From a virus (lineage: Duplodnaviria > Caudoviricetes): a stretch of DNA of 39,692 nucleotides. The notes under the pieces were generated by a model. The model saw only the letters and a program-made list of their open reading frames with translations. It was not told the DNA's origin and searched no databases. This document shows positions 33,985 through 39,692 of this stretch, in pieces. Each line of letters starts with the position of its first letter. Within the stretch, counting starts at the first letter, position 1. A program made the position numbers and the translations under genes. Location: positions 1-39,692 of IMG/VR virus record IMGVR_UViG_3300017705_000879; one strand, given 5' to 3'.

Positions 33985-34216
33985 ATCTCCAAAAAGAAGT
34001 CTCTTAAAATCAATAATTTGGAGAATCTTTGCTGTTGTTACTTTGGCCGCCTTTTCTTACCAGGCAACAGGAGATCTTGATGCAACAATATCTATTACTG
34101 CGGGCTATCATATTATTCAAATAATCTTATTTTATATTCACGAAAGAGTTTGGGCGAATATAGAGTGGGGATTTGTTGAGAGAAATAAAAAACATTTAAA
34201 AGGAGAACGAAAATGA
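33977..34216 (+). CDS. DUF2061-like membrane protein
   Basis: RSLLKSIIWR...FYIHERVW..I.WG. Confidence 0.8.
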   Translation: MIESPKRSLLKSIIWRIFAVVTLAAFSYQATGDLDATISITAGYHIIQIILFYIHERVWANIEWGFVERNKKHLKGERK

Positions 34217-34407
34217 ATTTATCTGATCAAGCACTTGGGGCCGTAATGTTGGCTCTACAAAAATCTCTTTTAGAACAAACCGATATTGTTCCAATTCTAA
34301 AAGGGTTCGAATTTCAAGAGGACAATGGCCAACTTGTTGTTCTAAACACGCCAGTGTTCAAGGTGGTCGCCACAACAGAATCCGTAGATACGGGAGAGCA
34401 GGAATAA
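34213..34407 (+). CDS. Hypothetical phage protein
   Basis: 64 aa; AAGGAG SD; ATGA overlap. Confidence 0.7.
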   Translation: MNLSDQALGAVMLALQKSLLEQTDIVPILKGFEFQEDNGQLVVLNTPVFKVVATTESVDTGEQE

Positions 34408-34670
34408 TGCCTCGCTACTCCTACAAGTGTGGATTCTGTGACAGTCTTTTTGTCTTTGTACATTCAGTAAAAGAAAAGTGGACTATTTGTCCGGATTGTC
34501 AAGAGGGTCCAACACTAGAGAGGATTTTAAATTGTCCCGTTGTTTTGAACAAGAAGAGGTTTGAGGGGGACAAGAAGATTGGCGAAGAAGTAAAAAGCCA
34601 CATTGAGGATGCTAAGAGAGAATTAAAGAAACACAAAGAGCAACTTAAAAACAGGAGTTATGAAAAATGA
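34407..34670 (+). CDS. FmdB-family zinc-ribbon protein
   Basis: MPRYSYKCGFC...CPDC...LER. Confidence 0.85.
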   Translation: MPRYSYKCGFCDSLFVFVHSVKEKWTICPDCQEGPTLERILNCPVVLNKKRFEGDKKIGEEVKSHIEDAKRELKKHKEQLKNRSYEK

Positions 34671-35014
34671 ATATTGTTCTAGGCTTTTTACTCGCCCTTT
34701 CTGTTGTTGCGAACGGTGTTTTGATTTGGTATATTTTTAATTTTGTTGCTTCTGTAGATGAATATAACGAAGAATTGAAGTCTGTTCTTGGAGATCTTTA
34801 TATGGATTTGTATAAAACATATCAATCAGTAGATTACTATGGTGATCCGGAAATTAGAAGAGTTCTGGTAAACTGTAGAAAAACTGCTACATATGTTATT
34901 GAATTTTTAAGTGAGATCGCGCCCGAAAATCAATACCTTGAACAGGATTTACAATTCTTCAATCAATTAATTGATTCGGAGGATGATATAAATGCCCAGG
35001 GCAAAGACCAGTAG
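34667..35014 (+). CDS. Membrane-anchored hypothetical protein
   Basis: N-terminal TM helix; YYGDP motif; AGGAG SD. Confidence 0.7.
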   Translation: MNIVLGFLLALSVVANGVLIWYIFNFVASVDEYNEELKSVLGDLYMDLYKTYQSVDYYGDPEIRRVLVNCRKTATYVIEFLSEIAPENQYLEQDLQFFNQLIDSEDDINAQGKDQ

Positions 35015-35726
35015 ATACTATTTTACAAAAGTCCACGAACAGGCTATTGTACAATATGCTAGAACAAAAGATATTGAAATTAGGACAGAGTTGTATGTTG
35101 AACTAATACAACCAGCGTTTAATGAGATGGTTGATAAAATCATCTTTACTTATAAGTTCAATACTCTTCCAAATATTGATGAACTTAGAAATGATTGTAA
35201 GGTGTGGCTTACGACTATTCTGGATAAGTTCGACCCAGAAAAGGGGTCAAAGGCGTTCTCCTACTTTTCAGTGATTACGAAGAACTGGTTTATTCATAAG
35301 GCGAAAAGAAACGCCAAGATGAATAAGCGAAATATTTCGTTCGAGGATATTACTTCTATAAGTCCGGAAACAGACAGTTCTTTAATATATGAAAACACCT
35401 ATGATCAAGACAGGGAAGACAGGGAATTCTGGATTGCACTGAGAAGAGAGATGGACTCCTGGGATCTCGCAACAATGAAAGATACCGAAGAGCGAGTTTT
35501 TCAAGCAATAAAGATACTTCTCGATAGCATCGATGACATCGAAATTTTTAATAAAAAAGCTATTTACCTATATCTAAGAGAGATAACAGGTCTGAACACA
35601 AAGCAGATCGTTAGAAGTCTCAATAAGTTTAGAGAAAAATATAGAGTCTTTAAACAAAAGTGGGATAATGGCGAAATTTCGATTGCTGTTGTAGAGGAAG
35701 AAGAACAAAGTGAAGAAAGAGGATAA
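34992..35726 (+). CDS. Phage RNA polymerase sigma factor (T4 gp55-like, probably late)
   Basis: Region 2-like DKFDPEKGSKAFSYFSVITKNWFI; N-terminal YYFT; C-terminal HTH-like LREITGLNTKQIVRSL. Confidence 0.72.
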   Translation: MPRAKTSRYYFTKVHEQAIVQYARTKDIEIRTELYVELIQPAFNEMVDKIIFTYKFNTLPNIDELRNDCKVWLTTILDKFDPEKGSKAFSYFSVITKNWFIHKAKRNAKMNKRNISFEDITSISPETDSSLIYENTYDQDREDREFWIALRREMDSWDLATMKDTEERVFQAIKILLDSIDDIEIFNKKAIYLYLREITGLNTKQIVRSLNKFREKYRVFKQKWDNGEISIAVVEEEEQSEERG

Positions 35727-36015
35727 GGAAAATCTAATCGAAGAAGCGATTTCAAATATTCGCTCCGATAGGTCCACGACCACAACACTCCTTATCAACC
35801 TGATGAAAAGTATGAGTGAGCAGGGTGCCGCTGCTCATCAAGCGACTGGCCTAATTGCAGCAAAATATGTTGAAACCTTACAAAGATCTAACGAACAATT
35901 GGTGAAGCTTGCTTCTCTTTTAGAAAAAAATAAAAGCAACAAGGTGGGATTATCCTTGGACGAGAAGCAAGAACTCTTTGACTTGATTGGGGAAGAGAGA
36001 GAGGACGATGAATAA
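35710..36015 (+). CDS. Hypothetical helical phage protein
   Basis: 101 aa; overlaps the end of the sigma gene. Confidence 0.7.
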   Translation: MKKEDKENLIEEAISNIRSDRSTTTTLLINLMKSMSEQGAAAHQATGLIAAKYVETLQRSNEQLVKLASLLEKNKSNKVGLSLDEKQELFDLIGEEREDDE

Positions 36016-37305
36016 ATGGGAAAAAAGAAGGAAATTGTAAGATTTGGGACTCTGAACCCCCTCAAGGAAGATGTCCTCCAGGAGTCATTTGATCCCGCGA
36101 CTACAGACGTTTTAAGAGAATTAAGCGTACAGGCTGGGAAGAGATATGGATCTGATGCTTTTGAACAAGTCAAACATTTCAAGGGAGTGGTTCTTGACAC
36201 CGAAAACATTGAGAATGACAAATCTAGTATTGGTAGTTTTTTTTCTCAAATTTTAGGCAGCGAAGCATCATATTATGAGCCCAATCGACGTTTTAGGGTG
36301 TACATACCAGAATTGTTTAGTTTTGGAGAATTACCAGATATTGTAGCAAAAAGCGACGGAGAGGAGATTGACATCCCACCAGAAGTCAGAAATGACATAG
36401 CTTTATATCCTTGGTTTTATCCTGCCGAAAAGAGATTTGATGATAAAGATGTTAAGATTGGAGATATTGTATATATTGATTTTGCCAATAGGACAAATCT
36501 AAATGTTGACTCAGACGAGAGAAACAATTTATTTTTGGGCAAGGTTACAGAAAAGTCTCTTTTTGTAGAACTATCTGACGACATCAGTGCCACCTTAACA
36601 AACGCTAAAGAGGCTTTTACGGATTGTGCTGGGAAGGTAAAACAAAATATTATTCCAATAGTGGCTACTGCCTCTGCCCTTCCAAAGCGCGTCAATTCAA
36701 GTAAAGTTGCAGATTTAAAGCCTGGTCTAATTGATAGAGTACTTCGCTGGGACGAGAATATAAGAGATGCGATCAGTAGGTTGGGAGCAGATCTCAATAT
36801 TTTCCGATATGTTCGTGCATTTATTGCTGTTGAATCGGGTGGCGATCACGAAGCCGTAAGCCAGACAAACGCAGTTGGGCTTATGCAATTTACTACAGTT
36901 GCAGCAAAGACGTGGAATCAGCATTTTGGAGTTGAAAAAGGTTACTCTTGGAATTCAACAAATAAGGACGAGGGACCACAACAAGATCCAAGATATGACC
37001 CTCAAAAGAGTGTTGATGCCGGAACTGCATATATTGATCTATTGTATAGCAGGCACGATGGGAACCCTTATGTGATGTATGCCGCATATAATATCGGGTC
37101 AGTATGGGCAAAAAATACCTTTACCTCCTATCTTGAGAGAACATATCCTAATACTCCAATTAAAGAACTGACAGCGACACAGGTTAGGGAGTCCTTACAG
37201 GATTTAAAAAATCGTGGAGACAGACAAGTTGCCGTTAAAGATCCAAATGCCTATAATCACATTTTTGCCCAACTTGATTCTTGGTTACAAAGGGGGACCG
37301 CATAA
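36016..37305 (+). CDS. Tail-associated lytic transglycosylase (SLT) with gp5 OB-fold-like N-terminus
   Basis: AVESGG, AVGLMQF, AAYNIG; N-terminal FRVYIPEL and VKIGDIVYIDF. Confidence 0.82.
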   Translation: MGKKKEIVRFGTLNPLKEDVLQESFDPATTDVLRELSVQAGKRYGSDAFEQVKHFKGVVLDTENIENDKSSIGSFFSQILGSEASYYEPNRRFRVYIPELFSFGELPDIVAKSDGEEIDIPPEVRNDIALYPWFYPAEKRFDDKDVKIGDIVYIDFANRTNLNVDSDERNNLFLGKVTEKSLFVELSDDISATLTNAKEAFTDCAGKVKQNIIPIVATASALPKRVNSSKVADLKPGLIDRVLRWDENIRDAISRLGADLNIFRYVRAFIAVESGGDHEAVSQTNAVGLMQFTTVAAKTWNQHFGVEKGYSWNSTNKDEGPQQDPRYDPQKSVDAGTAYIDLLYSRHDGNPYVMYAAYNIGSVWAKNTFTSYLERTYPNTPIKELTATQVRESLQDLKNRGDRQVAVKDPNAYNHIFAQLDSWLQRGTA

Positions 37306-38387
37306 TGGGGCTTTTTGATACTTTGGCCGAGGGCGTCGGGTTTATGCTTAAAGACGCAGAAGAATTTGGTCGAGCACTTGTTGAAACCGTCGAAGAGGGC
37401 GCCGGCTTCGCGCTTAAAGACGCAGAAGAATTTGTCCAACCACTTATCAAAGGTGTCGAAAAATGCGTGGAACTGGGGGCTACCGAATGCGCAGGCGAAG
37501 TCGTCGAGCTTGTCAAAGAAGCCGCCTCAACGGTTGCAAATGATTGTTTTAAAGATAAAACAACAGTGCAAGATTATAATCCACCAGACCCCACGGCGCT
37601 CCAATATAGCACTTTTAAGGATGCCTCCACAAATGTTAGATTAATAGAGGGGCTGACTTACAGGGAAAATAGAGTTAGGCTTTCAACGTTTTCTATTTTA
37701 CCGCCCCAATTGAAAGCAGAGGTGCCCCAAAATTTAAAAACCAAAAGATCATTGCAACTTCACCCTCTTGCTTTGAAAAGACTAAAACTTATGAATGAGG
37801 CTTGGATGAAAGAGTATGGAGGTAAGGAAATAACTTCCCAATCAGGTGGTAGACTAACAACCTCTACTGGGAAACCTTTGGCTATTGCCTCTGGATATAG
37901 AGATGTTGGCGAGGTCAAGTTTAAATATCTTTTAAATGTGAATGATAGTAGAACTAGAAAATACCCTGCTGTCGTAAACGCAGTTAAACTTGGAGAAAAG
38001 AATGTTAAGAGATTATTTGAAATCTTTTTAATTAGCAAGTATGGAAGTGTAAGTAAAGGTAGAAAATTCCTTGCTTGGCACAGTCCACACGGAACTGGAC
38101 TGGCTATGGATTTTGGGCGAAACGGATTAGAACCCAAATCAAAAACAAACAGCGCACAAAAGAAAACAACCTTATTTTTATGGCTAAAAGAAAACGCTCA
38201 CAAATTTGGGTTGTCTCCCTACACGCGGGAAGCTTGGCATTGGGAAGTATTGATACCTAGAGAAAACTGGTTAACGGGACAAGAGTTTGTTCAAAATGAA
38301 AATTATAATATTAGGGTTGTGGAGGAGGGGGTAAGAACCAAACTTAAAACCACAAATAGGAAATTCCCCAAGGAGTTTGTTGTATGA
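37305..38387 (+). CDS. M15-family (VanY-like) peptidoglycan peptidase
   Basis: SGYR, SPHGTGLAMD, WLKENAHKFG, EAWHW. Confidence 0.88.
   Translation: MGLFDTLAEGVGFMLKDAEEFGRALVETVEEGAGFALKDAEEFVQPLIKGVEKCVELGATECAGEVVELVKEAASTVANDCFKDKTTVQDYNPPDPTALQYSTFKDASTNVRLIEGLTYRENRVRLSTFSILPPQLKAEVPQNLKTKRSLQLHPLALKRLKLMNEAWMKEYGGKEITSQSGGRLTTSTGKPLAIASGYRDVGEVKFKYLLNVNDSRTRKYPAVVNAVKLGEKNVKRLFEIFLISKYGSVSKGRKFLAWHSPHGTGLAMDFGRNGLEPKSKTNSAQKKTTLFLWLKENAHKFGLSPYTREAWHWEVLIPRENWLTGQEFVQNENYNIRVVEEGVRTKLKTTNRKFPKEFVV
37329..37434 (+). repeat. Direct repeat with 66-bp period at the M15 gene start
   Basis: GCTTAAAGACGCAGAAGAATTTG identical at 37346 and 37412 (EGxGFxLKDAEEF twice). Confidence 0.85.
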
Positions 38388-39310
38388 TTAAAAAAGCTTT
38401 TGATACTGAAAACTTAAATTCTTCTGCGAAGGAAAGGATTAGAAACCAATCGGTTGGCATTAGAAATTCTTCAACTGGTGTTGGTGGGAACAAACTAGCA
38501 GAACCTCTTCCAAAATTTATTAGCACCAATTCTGAGAAAATCATTAATGGGGAAAATAATGCTGCGATTGTGCTGGGCAGAGATCGCATAGGAAGCAGGT
38601 TGAGTGGCTATGGCGGCAAGGGACATACCCAGTGCGGCTCAATAGACATTGTTTGTGGAAGAATGGGAGCAAACGTCACCCAGGTAGACGAGGCAGGAAA
38701 TCCTATTTATGTTGATCCAAATTTTAAAATAGATGCCGCGAGAATATATGTTAGCCAAAAGACAGACATTGATGCAAGTTTTGAGTTGGTTGGGGGGTCA
38801 ATAGGTTCCCCGAAGGCCAGATCTGGGATTGCTATGAAGGCCGATGGTATTAGATTAATTGGCCGAGAGGGTATTAAACTTGTTACAAGAACCGATAAAA
38901 GAAACTCTCAAGGGGGAGAAGTCTTGGCACTTGGTGGAATCGATTTGATTGCTGGAAATGATGACTCCGATTTGCAGCCCATACCGAAAGGGGATAATTT
39001 ATTGGAATGTTTAACCAGAATAGTTCACCACCTTGATAGTCTAAATGGTATTGTTGATCATTTACTTATGGTTCAAAATTCTTTCAACGAAAAACTAACT
39101 TCTCATTTTCATATTTCCCCTTTTCTCGGTGCTCCCACTTCACCGTCCGAATCGGTAGTGGTTTATGGTGCTAAAGCAATGCTTGATCACTCAACACAAA
39201 CTAAAGCATCGTTAGTTTCCAACAAGGCTAACCTTGAAATGATGAGAAATAACTATCTAAATGTGGCAGGCTCCGGGTATATCAATAGTAGGCACAACAA
39301 CACTAATTAG
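38384..39310 (+). CDS. Putative baseplate spike/hub protein
   Basis: Short beta-strand repeats (IVLGRDR, IDIVCGR, ADGIRLIGRE), PIPKGD and an HxH motif (SHFH) near the C-terminus. Confidence 0.55.
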   Translation: MIKKAFDTENLNSSAKERIRNQSVGIRNSSTGVGGNKLAEPLPKFISTNSEKIINGENNAAIVLGRDRIGSRLSGYGGKGHTQCGSIDIVCGRMGANVTQVDEAGNPIYVDPNFKIDAARIYVSQKTDIDASFELVGGSIGSPKARSGIAMKADGIRLIGREGIKLVTRTDKRNSQGGEVLALGGIDLIAGNDDSDLQPIPKGDNLLECLTRIVHHLDSLNGIVDHLLMVQNSFNEKLTSHFHISPFLGAPTSPSESVVVYGAKAMLDHSTQTKASLVSNKANLEMMRNNYLNVAGSGYINSRHNNTN

Positions 39311-39319
39311 GATTTTATA

Positions 39320-39692
39320 ATGGCAAAAGAAAAATTTATAAGAGATTGGACTTTGAGAGAGCCTAATGATGTTTGGGTCGCCACTGCTGAAGGTGAAATG
39401 ATCGCAAGCCAGGAAGATTTTATTGGAAATGCTGATGAAAATTTTTATTATTTGGCTTATGAATTATCGCCGGAAAACAATATTAGAGAGGAAACAGAGG
39501 GGCAAATAAAAGCAGGAGGGTTTAAAAAGTTATTGGAAGTCCAGGGTCTTATTGCCAGAGATACTCCCACATCCACCGCCACGATTGAACAAATTATAAA
39601 AGATGATGTAAGGGTTATAGAATTTTTTGTTGATCCTCGACCTAACGTACATCAGAGAGCATTAATTGCTATTAGTGTTGAAAATTATTTTA
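39320..39692 (+). CDS. Hypothetical protein, 3'-truncated by the window edge
   Basis: MAKEKFIRDWTLRE... stays open to the end; AGGA SD. Confidence 0.7.
   Translation, partial: MAKEKFIRDWTLREPNDVWVATAEGEMIASQEDFIGNADENFYYLAYELSPENNIREETEGQIKAGGFKKLLEVQGLIARDTPTSTATIEQIIKDDVRVIEFFVDPRPNVHQRALIAISVENYF

Noticed and set aside
300-38589. Numerous short - strand and nested + strand ORFs (for example 26646-27269, 21974-22417, 3662-4066)
   Set aside because: Shadows of well-supported genes, with no motifs or ribosome-binding sites.
1-39692. Stop-codon reassignment as seen in some large phages
   Set aside because: Genes are full length in the standard code and TAA, TAG and TGA all end genes at tight junctions. 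The one split gene needs a frame change, not readthrough.
1-39692. Eukaryotic giant virus origin, suggested by sugar genes and GT15
   Set aside because: Shine-Dalgarno sites, overlapping operonic genes, tmRNA, a sigma factor, lipoboxes and peptidoglycan hydrolases all indicate a bacterial host.

Overview
This window looks like part of a large (jumbo-type, probably myovirus-like) bacteriophage genome. It uses the standard code and is coded almost entirely on the + strand. 1-16.6 kb holds small accessory genes, an amidoligase-like fragment, a DEDDh exonuclease, acidic proteins sharing a KQIIKEE/(I/L)xE motif, Ser/Thr/Gly-rich putative virion proteins (one paralog pair), a HIGH-type nucleotidyltransferase, a Fis-like protein, a complete tmRNA, a +1-frameshifted fibre-like gene, a trypsin-like lipoprotein and PIN-PhoH. 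17.0-34.0 kb holds a Cas4/RecB-like nuclease followed by about 16 kb of soluble nucleotide-sugar enzymes, methyl/acyltransferases and glycosyltransferases (GT4, GT2, GT11, fungal-type GT15, CgeB-like), with no export machinery. 35-39.7 kb holds a gp55-like late sigma factor, a lytic transglycosylase, an M15 peptidase and a spike-like protein. Most striking: the last three codons and stop codon of the Fis-like gene lie inside the 5' end of the tmRNA. tmRNA maturation should therefore convert that mRNA into a non-stop message that tmRNA itself tags, a possible trans-translation feedback circuit. All family calls come from motif recognition by eye; no database searches were run.
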